Shown here: one piece after another, positions 30,031 through 45,000 of the stretch | Layout: every line of letters starts with the position of its first letter | How positions within the stretch are numbered: position 1 is the first letter of the stretch | Made by a program: the position numbers and the translations under genes | The notes under the pieces: generated by a model | The model's database searches: none | Seen by the model: the letters and a program-made list of their open reading frames with translations, nothing else | Told to the model about the DNA's origin: nothing | DNA from: Antedon mediterranea | Lineage: Eukaryota; Animalia; Echinodermata | Assembly (NCBI RefSeq): GCF_964355755.1 | Contig: NC_092671.1 | Span: 7,564,001 to 7,628,000, forward strand | Length of the DNA stretch: 64,000 bases | Direction: 5' to 3'

Positions 30031-33000
30031 ATGACTAACAGCATAAGAAGTCGTAGTGATGTAAGTTTATTTCATTGTATGATACGTAGTTCCCGTAGTT
30101 CTACAAACCCAGACAAATTAAGATAATTTGTACCTGCGCGAAAGGTCGTGAACAGCTGATATCGTGTACGCAATTCATTGTTTTTGTTCGCGATAGGTTT
30201 TCGCAGTCAAGAAAGAGCCACCCTGTGCCCGATTCAATTCATGAGGTCCATTTAATTCTTATCTAGCTTAAAATTGTTTTTTAATTAGGCCTATGTGTTC
30301 TTTTTGTGCCGTCATCGATGATCCTTTTGGATTACAATAATTATACTAAACTAAACCTTCATATTATTAAAAAAAATATTATTAATCTATTTTCATTCGC
30401 ATTCAGTCAGGGATTTATACTAGCCTAGGCCTAATTTAATATTATTTTAATAATATATATTTTCTAATGGAATGTTAGGTGTACAGCTATCATGAATGGT
30501 GTATGTGTTTTATATACTGCCTTTGACTTGATGTTACCAGCAATTGTGTAAAAACACAAACTTAATAAACAATGCTATTTTTAAACAAAGTCATTTTTTT
30601 TCAAAACACAAACTCTTCAGTCTGAACTTATTAGACTTAGAGATATTATTTTTTTCTATGATCTGACCCTTAAATTCTATTTTTCAGGGCCTTGATGAAT
30701 TTGTGATGCATCAAACATTCATTTCATTGACCAACTTATGTTTCCTACAGAATTCTATAAAATAAAATATGAAAATTGCCCATCAGAAATCATTTATCAT
30801 CATCTTCCAAACTACATAATCGTGTTCGAGTGTAGTTGCATTATAGTTTTCCAAGACAGGAAGGGTAGTCGATATGTTCAGTTGAGGAAATGAATAAAAA
30901 AAATTATTTAAAAAAAGAGGATATAAAATAAATTTTGAAAGAAAGCTGTAAAAATAAAATGCAAGCATATTTTGTGAAAAGTCCCATTTGTAGCTAGCAA
31001 GCATGTTGTTGAAGAACAAAGACAGCCTTTTGATACGTTACCTCACAGGTCACATATATTGGTGGTTCAATGGATAGTTTTTATTAGATTGTTTGGAACT
31101 ATTTAAAGGACACCTCAATTAAGTGAATAAAGGAGTAATATACTTGCACTACGGCCAACCCACATTTAAGAGACCGTTTGTTACTATGCTATCAAAATTG
31201 TAATGAATTAAATACTAGATTTGTTTATTAATTTGATTGATAAAACAAATTAGTTCTATATAATATTTGTGGGTTTATCACATCCATTAAATATAATCAC
31301 TACCTATTTAAAAAAAAATATCGTTTTATTATCAGAATGTTATCATGTCTACAGTCAGTTACTAATTTCAGTTTCAGAGTGTTAATTTCTTTATCACAGC
31401 CTGAACAAGTGTCTATCAAGTAACAGATGAATTTTCTATCACAGACATGACTAATTTTACTGATAGAACATAGGTGAAACTGTCAATAACATTTTAGGCT
31501 TGTTATTCGAGCTATGCTATATAAGGAAAAACATTATGGATTATATGACCATAATGGATTCACAAGATTGTGCTAACGTATCATATTATTTAATGTTTTC
31601 TTATTGAATTTTATTAAATGGATACATGCTCGATTTCAATTATTGTCTCGCTAGTCAATACTGGACTAGGTAACCTACAAAGAAATTTTATACAACTCGA
31701 GTCAACTCATTCCCAGCTCAAAAAGTAAGTCAACATTGAGAGGGCTATGTCATCAATTCGACCAATCAGATAGAGTAGAAATTGCGGCCACTATTCAGTT
31801 ACGCACAACTACACCTGCATTGCCCACATTTTCAACAACCGACACAAGTGTATTCTTTACAGTAAATAAGTCTTTCTATGTTATTAGATATGGTGACCAT
31901 TTAGAAGAGTTTTCGCATCACTAATCTGGTGGCCAGACGTACAGTACTAATCCAAGCCTACACCCTCCTTTCTCATCTAAACAATAGGGAGGCTTCGCAA
32001 TCTTACGAATACGATAATGAAAACGGATACGTCACGCACACGTATTCGTTTTTCGTAAGCCAGTAAAAATCTGTTTCGCATGGCAACAAAATATTGAGAG
32101 CGCCGTCCAAAATATGACTGCGGTAAATTTAAGCGAAGCGCAGGTACGTGTTGCTTGGTGCTTGGCTGCCTAGGCCTAGCGTAACATCAAAGCGAGTGAG
32201 GACTTTAAAAACTGCTATTTATCAAAATTGACCAGGCATTTTAGTCAATTACTTTCAATAAATCTATAATTATATTATAATCATGAATAATTCCTGATTC
32301 AAATGCAAAATGTGTAAAATAGATTAAAAACTATACTCGTTTTGTAGTTACGAATATGACTGATGATATTCGTAAACACGAAAACGCTTTACAAATATGA
32401 AATGGGGATCAGCTCAAAAGTTTCACAAATGTGTGACGTTTTCGTTATCGTATTCGTAAGGTTGCGAAACCTCCCTAATAAGTGATATATACTGACCATA
32501 ATGTTTTTTTGTTTGTTTTTCCAGCATTGGAGTTTATCTGCTGACGAGTCGTTAATAAACAGAAAATTACCAAAAGAGTTGACGCTAAGGTAAGGTATTA
32601 TTAATTATCAAATCTTCAGTATTCCATTTATCCCTGTTAATTTGCAACTACGCAAGACTATAGTACTTTATGTAGTCACCTAGACCTAAAACCATGTCAA
32701 AGAATTAAGGGAGGAAACATGTCTAAATGTCCCTGTAAGCATTTGAATGTTGTGGGGACACCAGGCTCTCTAAAAATGCAGGGTCTGCAACAGTGAACCC
32801 CTGTCTAATTTACTTCTTTTACCTGAACATTGTAATCATTTTGGTTTTTTTACAGAATTTTCTCTTACCTGGATTTTGTGAGTTTATGCAGGTGCGCTCA
32901 GGTGTCAAAGGTAATTAATGAATAAACAGTTTTTGACAGGAAGAATGATGAGTTGGAAAATGGTTATGACAAGTAGTGTGTTGAAGGCATCCACAATTTG

Positions 33001-36000
33001 TGTATACTCCTTTCAGACAAGTATTGTATATGCCGTTATTGTTGCGGTGGTTTAATGTTCGCAAATTTCGCGATTCACAACCTTTCCGCAAAAATTTCAA
33101 CTCGTGAAAATTATGCCATATACATTGTATTGTATTACGATCATTTGTATACAATCAGTCCAATTCATCAACCAGGGGGGAGAGAGGGGGGGGGGGGGTA
33201 GTGGGAGAAACAATAGATTAGGTTTTTAATTTTAGTGCTTCATTTACTTTTTTCAAGACTTGCACCTTACCCTTTATTAAATAATTTGCAATACACATGA
33301 TCATGTGTACAAGCTCACTAATGGGTAATACTACTATATTTTTACTTCTTGCTAATTTGTAGTATTACCAAGACGCTGTCTCTTATGGATGTGTTATACA
33401 GTGTCTATGAAATTTATACAAAATTTAATAGTACTATATTCTGCATTTTTTCCATTAACACATGGCTTCCTGAAATCACTCAGTAGCAGCAGATTAAACC
33501 ATAAATTGATTTTATATATTAAAATTAAAAAAAGAATGAATATTGTTTTGCTGTGTATTTTTACAGTAAGCTTTAAGAGTAAGTAACTGGTTATCCTAAA
33601 TCTTATCTTCTAAATAAAAAAAAAATTAATACCCATCATATTTTAGTAAATTCTGCTCATTACTGTACCCTTCATTGACATACCTAAGCTTAGATAAATT
33701 GTCAAAAAAAATTAACCGTCAATGAAATAAACCAGTCCAACAACCAATGACATTGGTTTATTAGTCGGATCAATAATAATAAAAATAATAATATTAAACA
33801 TGAAATAATAATTACTTTGTACTTGCATACTGTACTTAGATATGTTTTGTTTTGGTAACTAATGTGTGTTTTTTCCTAAATTTTAAAAATTAATATTTTA
33901 AATTAACATGCAGTAGACTCAATAGATTAAATTAGCGCCAAAAAAAAAGACCCAATTTCCTCGAAATAATAACTCCTTGGATAATTATTCAAACTCAGTT
34001 ATACATTGATTAGGGTTTTTTTTTCAATTAATTTTATACACGTACCTTATTACAATCACTTTAAGTCTTGATAAATAATCATTCACTGCAGTACATCAAT
34101 CATTATTGTGTCTACTACAGTGCCTTCCTTCTAAAAAAATCAGAGACTAGTTATTTATAAAAGAGAACATATGTCCTAATTTATAGTGGGAAGGAAAGAA
34201 TGTTATTGAGCATCATCCACACTTAAGCTCTGTCTACATTATCAAACTAATTTGACAAAAAAAAAGTGTGATGTGCCCAAATTTGCTAGTGATATGCCCA
34301 AAGATGTTAGTGTGGACAGAGCTTAAGAACCGATACATAAAATACAGTTTTAATAAACCCCAATTGATTCTGTTATCGGTCACCAAAACCGTTTTAAAGG
34401 GTGTTTCACATCACCTGTGCTCCAGTTCAGGTTTGTGTCAGATGGCAAGTACAGCATTAATTGTACCACACAGCTTTGTGCATATCGAGTAAAAAGAATG
34501 GCGCATAGCCATGTTGAAAATCGTAAAAATGAAAATTAAGATACAATTTTATTTACCAAAACTGTTAAAAGATGGGGCTTATAGAATAATACATTTGGTT
34601 TATACACAAAATATTAATTACTCTATAAAATCCAAGGTCCAAAATGTAACCCATATATTTAATCTTATCTAAGGGGCTGGTTTCACAAACTTCAAACTTT
34701 ATTGATGGGCTTATGCCACAATTAGAGCTTATACCATGTCAGTATAAAATTATGCACTAGTTCATAAAGCTATGTCTACACTATTAAACTTTACGTGACA
34801 AAAATGTGCCCATATATGGACATGATGATGTCATATCACTACTATATTTGGGCATATTACTACCATATTGGGCACATCACACTGTTTTTGTCAAACTAGT
34901 TTGATTGTAGACAGAGCTTCTATGGAAGACATAGTTTATTACAGGTTAGGTTTAAAGATGTATTGTCCCTATGAAAACTAATTTTTTTAAATTTTTTTGT
35001 TGAATATGCCATTGTAATGTCACATAATAATTATTGACTTCGACCAAAAATAGGATCGGAAAAAAATGTATTTACCTGAAAAAAATAGAATTTAAAGCAA
35101 AAAATGGTCAAATTGGCTGCCAGCCATTGGATTTTTGGTTGAATTTAACCATTTATCATGTTATTTTATAAGTGAAAACATTATTTTTCAGGTTTTTTTT
35201 TTCTTGATTAAAACTACAAAATAACCTATTCAAAGTCTAATTTAATTAATCTTCATTTTTCCTGTTTTTGGGGGAACAATACATCTTTAAGAGAGATCCC
35301 ATATTTTATCTGTACTGAAATTGTTCTCATCTAATTAAAAACAAAAGTGTTTATTAGTGATGACTGTGGCTTCACAGACATTTTATATTAGAAATTCACA
35401 ACTACAGTAATGAGTGTGTACATTTGTCTGGTTTTTTCTTTATTGCATTAACATTTTCATTTCAAGAAATTTTTAAAACGTAGTTATTATATTATTGTAT
35501 TGTCAATGTAATTGACATCAATTATCACACTACTGAAATCTAATAATTATTATATGTCCGTGCGTTATATGCTGGTACTACTAATACTATACTACAACTA
35601 TTATGTGAACATGTACAGTATGTTGTTAATGAATAATTTTTGTGCTTACAAATATTTAGTAGGATAGTTTAGGTTTGATTATGGAAAGCAATGAGAGAGT
35701 TTATTATGTGTTTAATAATGTACAGTATAATACACCAGACACCAAATTCAGTTTTTTTTGCAAAATAGGAATTTTGTTTTATGCGGAAAATAATTTTTGT
35801 TAAAGGTGTAATAATTTGATAATCGCACAACTTTTGATTGAACAGTTAACTGTACTACTGCAATGAGAATGTATGCTTCTAGGTGCAGTCAATGTAGGCG
35901 GTCGAAAAAGACATTCTAACAAGAGGATGCTGAACTCTGGAGATCAAAGAGTTTATCTGTGACTGCAACACGATCAGTTCCACGCCTCTTAACTTACAAT

Positions 36001-39000
36001 GCGCGCCATGGAGAACATGTACCTCTTAACAGACACCACGTTGCGAAGAATATGTACATAGTACAGTACTCTTGGTTTTTGTCACAGCCAGACATAAGAT
36101 CAAAGGACTGTTTTGTTACGAGTTCTTATCTTGGCAAAGGCGAGCTCAGTGTTCTGTTAGATTGCCTGGGTTGGAAGACATTTACATACTGTAGCTTACA
36201 GAAATTTTGGATAGACCCCTCTACACTCAATCTACAATTTTCTGAGCTGAGTCTCTCAACTCAGTCTACCCGTAAATAATGTATATCAATATCATTATTA
36301 TTGATGTAATATATGCAATATTTTTTTCTTTTTTCAGTACTGGAATGTTCTTGCTTTGGATGGCAGTAACTGGCAGAAAGTTGATCTTTTTAACTTCCAA
36401 ACGGACATTGAGGTTAGTATGAATAAATATTTTACACCGTTGGCCAATTTCCACCTACAGTCTCTGTGTTGTTTTCCAGGAATGAAGTATAAGCTTTTAA
36501 CACACTAGGTTACATTCAGGAAGTCTGTAAGTAATTTGGTAGAAGATCTTCCCCAGACTGCAAGAGATCGTGGATTCAGTAATAACTATAAATCATTTTT
36601 TTGTGTGGATTTTACGGAAAACTCATTCTATAGACAAGAAAAGACGGCAACCAGGCTATTAATTGAAGGGGTACATTTTCTGGGTACATTTTCTGGCTGC
36701 CTTAGACATGTCCAGAGTCCTCAGTCTTGTAGAATTGGTGGCATTCTGGCTGCCTCGGACATGTCCACATGCCTTTGTCTTGTATTCACTAATCAGTCAT
36801 GAATTTGTGGCATTCTGGCTGCCTCAGACATGTCCAAAGGCCTCGGTCCTGTATTCACTAATCATTCATGAATTTGTGGCATTCTGGCTGCCTTGCACAT
36901 GTCCAGAGGCCTTGGTCCTGGATTCACTAATCAGTCATGAATTGGTGGCACTCTAGCTGCCTTGAAAATGTCTAGAGTAAAAGCTTCTATGTTGACTGTA
37001 AACTGTGAACCAGAAATTGATTCAGTTCAATTTGCAGTAAGAATAATAATTAGTACTTCTAGTATTGTAGACTTTAGATTGAAAGGTTAAATCATTAATA
37101 TAATAAATTGAAAATTAAAATGATATTTCTTATGTTGTGCATTCTAAAAGAGCGTTATCTACAGGAACATGCCTAGCCTGTCAGTGATATTATATTAATA
37201 TTATTGGTCCACACCAACTACGCACAGATGCGAGTGAGGCATTGGTAAAACAATTCCTTACCATTATGACAATTCTTAGCAGATCTATAGCATGTTATTT
37301 AACATGCAGCAGCAGCATCTAGACTATAAACATACAATTGATCCATATAGTGCATGTATGTCCTTACAAATGATATATGCAGTCAAATTAAGATAGTCAT
37401 TAAACACAGCAAAATGTTAAATAGCAATCAGTTTTATAAAGGTAAAAAAAAGAACATTTCCATTCAAACAGTTGTTTTAACAACAGTTATATTTTTCCAC
37501 AATTTTATTATCTCAAATTTATAACGTGGATCTATTTATTTTTTTTCATTTATATATAAAAAGTAGCAAGTATTTTTTTTGTAATTCTACATCTACATTA
37601 AAGTTCATTGCATATTTGAAATTGTAAATTTGAAATGCAATATACTTATAGTATTTCTTTACTATAAGTAGTAAAAGCTTATCACTTAAATGTAAATAAT
37701 AATTGTTACTAAAATGAAAGAATTTGAGAATAATTTTGTTGCAATAGTAATAATTAAGAATATAGATTAGAATATACAGTACACATATATCCTGGGCTAT
37801 GTGAACTTTATTTACCCTGGAATATTCTGATATTTATTTATATACAGTATTTAACAGGTCATTGAATACTTCCTGGAATACACGGCTTTGTAGATAAAAT
37901 ATACTTTACTTACACTGTTAGTTCACCCATCTTCTATTCTTGAACACATTTCGTACAACCAGTGGCATAGCTAAACCCAGGGGCTTATGGGCCCCTAAGC
38001 AGTGCCCCGAGGAAAAAACAGGCATTAAAATATGTTGAAAGAGGCTAAAAACGTCCGAGGCCTCCATTGTTGGAGGGCCACTTAGGGTTCCTAAACCAGG
38101 GGCCTCTGGTCTCTATGTTAAGATCTCAGCACAGAGTTTTTTTATAGCTGAAATATACTGTAAATTAGACATTTTATTCTTCTGTAAACTGTAAATAATA
38201 ATAATAACATAGTAAAAATCACTTTAGGCCTATAGCAAATTTATTATGCAAAAGTAATTAATATTTGTTTCATTATTTTTTTAAATGCATAGGGTCCTGT
38301 AGTTGAGAATCTTTCCAAAAGATGTGGTGGATTTCTGAAGCAGTTGAGTCTACGAGGATGTCAGAGCATTACAAATGATGCCATGCGGTACGTTAATCAC
38401 CTCCTGTGTCCCCTCTAATCTGTGTCAATACAGTGTTTCCAGTGGAATTGCTGTTGAATTTGAACAGTTCAAGAAAATGTCTACACTATCAAACTAGTTT
38501 GACAAGAAAAGTGTGATGTGCCCAAATATGGTAGTGATATTCCCAAATATGGTAGTGATGTGACATCACCATATCCATATATGGGCATATCACTATTTTG
38601 TCACATTAAGTTTTATTGTGTAGACAGAGCTTTAGAATAATATGAGGGTACATTCATACTGTATTATAGAATATTGAGCCATTTTGGACATTATTTTCTA
38701 AAATTTTAAAAAATTGTGTGCATAACATTTCTTTTCAATATGAAATATCTCACCTTTCGCATATCTTAATATTCCATGGCTTAAATGTCAAAGTTAAGCC
38801 TATTGAATTACTGTCTTTCTTTACTTTAAATCCATGCCTTAATTATCATATTCTTTTATTCCGTTTAATGCTACGAATCTTGATGTTTTTGTTTTTCATA
38901 TCCTTTTTAGCTTACATTTGTTAGTCTGCGGTTATTGTACATAGTTGAATTAATGAGATACATTTTTCATTTTATTCATTTATTTAGTCAAATTATGTTT

Positions 39001-42000
39001 CTAGCATAGCATAACATTTTAATTCTTATGTCCAGGTGAAATTGTAATGCTATCTCTAAACTAATTAATTGATTCTATGATAGAATTGAAACTTCTTTCT
39101 TTATTCATTATTTATAATTACTTGGTTAGCATGAACAGTTCTGCGAAATGTTTTTTTCTCAATATTAAATTAGTTTTCTTAAAATGAATGGAATCATGTT
39201 TTGCTTACCTGGAAAAATAGTTGTCTTTCTCCCTTCAGTGAAGGAGATTGAAGAAATTTGGCTGTGGATCATGCAATTTTCTATGTGGATGTTCTATTTA
39301 AATACAAATTTTTTGTTTGTTCAGGTGGCATGGCCAATGTTGGTTTATCCATGTAATATAGTGATACTGTACTATTAGTTGGCTAGCAGCAGCAGCATCA
39401 CTTTCTGTAATTTTCAAAAACAGCGTCATGACCATGGTTGATGCCCCTTCCTTTCTTTGCCCTTTTCTACCAGCTATATCTTTCAGTAAATATATATAGG
39501 TCGCAGGTTCAAATCCCGCAAGAGACATTTTTTCATACAACTAAAAATATAGAACTTTCGTCGATGAGCTATGCTCGACGCAATCATGAGATCATGTTTC
39601 GAATATGAGCACTGTTTAGTAATTTGACAGTATTATATGTAGGACTGTATCGATATCTATCTTTAGCTGCAACACAATAATCTTAAATAGTTCTATTTCT
39701 ATGTACTATATGACATTTTGCACAAATAGTGAGAATTTCATGTATCATTTGTAAATTAGTCATTTATACTATTAGTTGCCGTGCTTTGAACCTTCCTCTA
39801 ATAAAAATAGCTCATTAGCATAAACCATTAGTCTTCCGGGATTATTATCAACCTGATCATTAAATTTATCTAGTCACATCAAGGATCACATAAACTTTCA
39901 AAATCATTTCTAAAATAGAAATTCAAATAATATTCAACATTTTTTTTGTATGCTTAATTAATTAATAACAAAATTAATAACTTTTTGTACGTGAGAATTG
40001 AAAAAAATAGTAGGTTGCTGTTGTTAAGTTGGTATATAGACCAACTGTATTGCTCTTAGGATTGCCTCATTTGCATAAGTGCTTTTTGTTGTAAAATTGA
40101 AAGCTTGGTATAGTATTATCATCAATAACAAGACTCATTTTGCTCAGGGTGTAAGATAGTAGAGTCTGATCACAGAAGATAGGATGGGTGTTAACTGTTA
40201 GTTCATTATTTAGAGAGGAACATTTATGTAATGACAATATGTGCAGGACATATTATGAGGAAAGGTATTTGACACTAATGATTCTGGACTATGCTCATAT
40301 TGTATTCATAAAACAGTGATATTTAAAAAGAACAATGGAACCTATATACAATACTAGTAAGAGGACACCTTCAGGATCAAACAAGTGTCCCATAATAGAG
40401 GTGTTTCCTGAATAGGGGTTGGCAAAATGTGTCCCCGGAATAAAGTTAGGGATAGGGATGTCCCCTAATGAATAGGGATGTCCACTGAATAGGGATGTCC
40501 ACTGAATAGGGATGTCCACTGAATAGGGATGTCCACTGAATAGGGATGTACCCTGAATATTGATGTCCCCTGAATAAGATGTCCCCTGAATAGGGGTGTG
40601 TCCTGATGAATAGGATGTCCCTTGAATAAGGATGTTCCTTAGGGTTGTTCCAATAAGTTTCTACTGTAATAAGTTAAATAATGATAAATTATTTTCACTG
40701 ATACACAGTTTCTTCATTAATCATATCGAAAAAATCAATTTCTATTTTTTTTGCTTTTTCAGAACATTTGCGCACAATTGTCCAAATATAGAAGAACTAA
40801 ATCTTGAAAACTGTAAGAAAATTGGTGATCCAACGTGTTCTAGTCTAAGTAAATATAGCAAGAAGCTAAAGTACCTTGCATTGGAGTCGTGTACGTCCGT
40901 CACAGACACAGGGTTAAAATCACTAAGGTATGTACAGTAAACTCTATCCACAAGAAAATAGCAAAATGATTTTTAAAAAGATCTATTTTTTTTTTATACA
41001 ATAACACGTATGCAGTGCTTCCTTGTATACCTAAGATGGTAAGTATAAATATGTAAATTACTTGTACTCAGCAACCCAGCATAAATCAAATTAAATTCCG
41101 AGAAACAGACATTTTAAAAACAGTATTGATTTATGGTTATTATAACTTCATACTTTATCATATATTAATATATAACGCACCTACTTACTTATTGTGTGCC
41201 CTGCATTATTTGGATCCATTCAAAATAATGTACGTCGGGAATATGATACTCCGTATCGAAATTCTGGGCATATTTTAAAAAATATTTTTAATGTACAGTA
41301 CCTTTAATATTCACAGTAGGTGTGTTATAAAATGTTGTTTTTTTTAAATATTTCTTTTATGAAATTACTGTGTGTTTACCAACTAGTTAAATATACCAGT
41401 ACATCTTTTAACGAATGAAAATATTCCATCCATTGCACTCGTAAACATTTATTATTTATATACAGTTTCCTTGTGTATAGATATGTCATTAAAACTAATA
41501 TCAATACATTTTATAGCATTTGAATTCTTAAATTTTAAATTTTCATTTTTTTAATGTTTTTTTTTTTAAATTTTAACTCGCAATTATTCAACACAAACAA
41601 AATTGTTAAATAAGAATAATTTGTAAACCTCTCTCATGAAGTTTACAGTACTGTGTGTGTTTGCCATTGTAGATGGAAACCCAGACATTTTGGATTTATA
41701 AGCAAATTTGTTATGCAGAGATTCTACCCAATAGCTGCCACCAAAGAAGTTATAACACAAGAATCTCCTGTTCGTCCGAAGCGCGTAACAATTTTGAAAG
41801 GCATTGTGGGATAGAATAGAGCTAATGGGTGGCGCCATTGAGCCATGGAGAAGCGCGCCCGCATCAAATTAGAAAGTCAAAATCATAGAGGGGGTCTGCT
41901 AATACTATAGGGGGGATAGAGTAATTGACTGAGCCCTCTATAGGAATTAATAGTTTCGACTTCCTAGTTTGGAGGGGGCGCTGCTCCATGCTATGAAATG

Positions 42001-45000
42001 GCGTCGCCCAGTTTGACCTTTTAACCCTGTACTTCCAATACTGTGTTTTGAATGCAAATTGAAGAACAGGAGATTTACTCCACTTCCACTTTAATAATTT
42101 CAATATATGCCAAACATACATAATGTAATAATACAGTCTACAGGATGTAATAAACAGTGTATACTAATGTTTTTTTTAAATGCTGAAATAAGATATTGTT
42201 TATTCGTTGTTGCTGTCATTTAGAAGATAATATAATGGCTACTGGGCATATTTCAACTTTAATTTCTCAGAAAAGTATTCGGAAAATATGCTTAAACTTT
42301 GCCCTATCTTACCTCAGGTGATGTTATTTTCAAGGATATTAATGTATAGAATATAATATAAAGTGTATATTAACATTTTATTATAACTAGATGGCACGCT
42401 CGCTTCGCTCGCGTACCATCTAGGTCGTGCCCACAGATGGTTCTCGAATACACAGTATTTCCAGCGAGAAAAAAATGGAGATTTCAAATGTACGTACCGC
42501 AGGACTATAATACATTGTCGTTTACAGAAACGAATAAATATACACAATGATTTATGTAGTCAACCAAAATTAGCACCCTGGGAATTACTTCCGAGAGAGA
42601 AACAAAATGAGTCAAATTTTTTTATTTGGACTCATTTAAACAAACCCAATTTGTGTTTTGTATGTAACATTAAGGGTTGAGGGATGGGGGAAGAAGATAG
42701 GTACAAAGAGGAAACATTTTAAAATATATTCTTATCCACTCAGTAACGAAATATTGTTTTTAATGTTTTATAGGCCTATAAATAATATACCACTAAATAC
42801 AGTAAAACATTTACGATTTAATACGGTACTTTGTTAAAACTCTCACTGTCATAGTCGATTGAAATAGTAAAGTACATGTAACGATACACCACTACGACGT
42901 TTATATAATTTTAAATTATTAATTAATACAAACGTTGAGAAGCAACTGTCAGTAATAACGTTTATTTATTTGTATATTATATGTTTATAATCTAACAGTA
43001 GGGCCTACCCACACTCACAGTAATAAAATTTATTTGTATATATTTTTATATTACATCTAACAGTACCAACACTCACAGTAAGAAATTTGCGATTCAAATT
43101 GGGATCAAAAGTGGTTAATACCTTAACAGTATTGTACAGCATTGCAATACTATTTATGTTTATTCTCCAAGGGGGCCCATAAATCTAAATCTATACCTCT
43201 ATGGTTAAACCAAATAATTTGGAATGTTTATTTGTATATTATATGTTTATAATCTAACAGTAGGGCCTACCCACACTCACAGTAATAAAGTTTATTTGTA
43301 TATATTTTTATATTACATCTAACAGTACCAACACTCACAGTAAGAAATTTGCCATTCAAATTGCGATCAAAAGTGGTTAATACCTTAACACAGTATTGTA
43401 CAGCATTGCAATACTATTTATGTTTATTCTCCAAGGGGGCCCATAAATCTAAATCTATACCTGTATTGTTAAACCAAATAATTTGGAATGTTCCATTCAT
43501 CACAAATCAATACATTTGTAAAAACGTATATTTAATGTATCAAAATAGTATTTTTTAAAGAAAATCGGCCTGTCTTCAACATTATGATGCTGTACTCGAA
43601 CTGTTCAACCGGTTTTCAGCTATTAAAAACAATTATCGTAGGAGGAGATAGGAAAATGCGAAGCCTCCTCGCATTTTTGTAGCGGGTATTTTTCAAGATG
43701 GACATCCATTAGACAGTGTATACCACGATCGGAAAACACCCCTATTTGGGGCAAATCGTTGAACCTAAATTCGTTTTAATCGTCAATAACTAATTATCTA
43801 ACTTAATTTAATTAGTAAACAGGGTTACATCAGGTGGTTAAAATCAGTACCGAAAGTACGAACCAACTTTATATACCATCGAGTAAAAATTCTAGAAGTA
43901 AGGCGCGATTTACCGAATTTTGCCCTTACGTAAATTTATATATAGATAATGAAATTAGTGTTACAAGTATTTAAAAACCAATCTATACACCCAGTTTCTG
44001 TTCGGGGATTATAGAGATTCTCAATTGAAAAAATCTCAATTCAGCAATAACGAAACGTTAAGACCTTCCCAACCATATTGTATTGACTTTTGGAAACACA
44101 TGGCATTCCACAAACTTATTTGCCATGTAAAGCTCTGTCTACACTATCAAACTTTAGGTGACAAAAAATGTAATGTGCCAATATATGGACATCATGTCAG
44201 TTATTTAGGAATATCACCTCCATATTTGGGCACATCACACTACTTTTTCCAAACTAGTTTGATGGTGTAGAGAGAGTTTTAGAATCGTTTTTCTGGTAAC
44301 CTTTCTTCTTGATACTGTCACACACAATGTTACAGTCTTAGAACAGAGTAAAGATTTTATTCTCACTTCACTAAAAAGAATGTTGCTTACTTCCAATTTC
44401 GTTATTTTTTTTTTCAGTGATGGAAACTCAAATCTTATTCATTTGAATATTTCCTGGTGTGAAGAAGTAACAGATAATGGTGTTGAAGCTATTGCCAGGG
44501 GCTGTACCAAACTACAACACCTTATTTGTAAAGGATGTTTTAAAGTAAGACGTTCACCATACTGTTATCCAAATATAAGCCCACCCCTGAGCTTAGCCAA
44601 ATGTGTATTCACCATACTGTTATTCAAGTATAAGCCCACCCCTGAGCTTAGCCACATTTGTATTCTTGTTTCATTTAAACAAATTATAATAGACAATAAT
44701 CAAGGAAAAGGCAAAAATCGAAAGTTCATGCCCGCATCTAAACCGAAATACGGGGATACGCCCTTTTCGCTAACCATGGTTTGAACTAATGAACTGCAGT
44801 TAGCACCAGTTGAGTCCTGGCCTTCTCGTAAGATTTCTCTCATAAACATCTGATGCTCGTTTATTTAAGGTTTACAGAAGTTACTCACAGTTGATTACAT
44901 TTATAAATAATTTTGTTATTTATACATTTTGTTTTATGTTAAGCTCTGTCTACACTGATAACAAAATGTGATGTGCCCATACATGGACATGATGATATCA

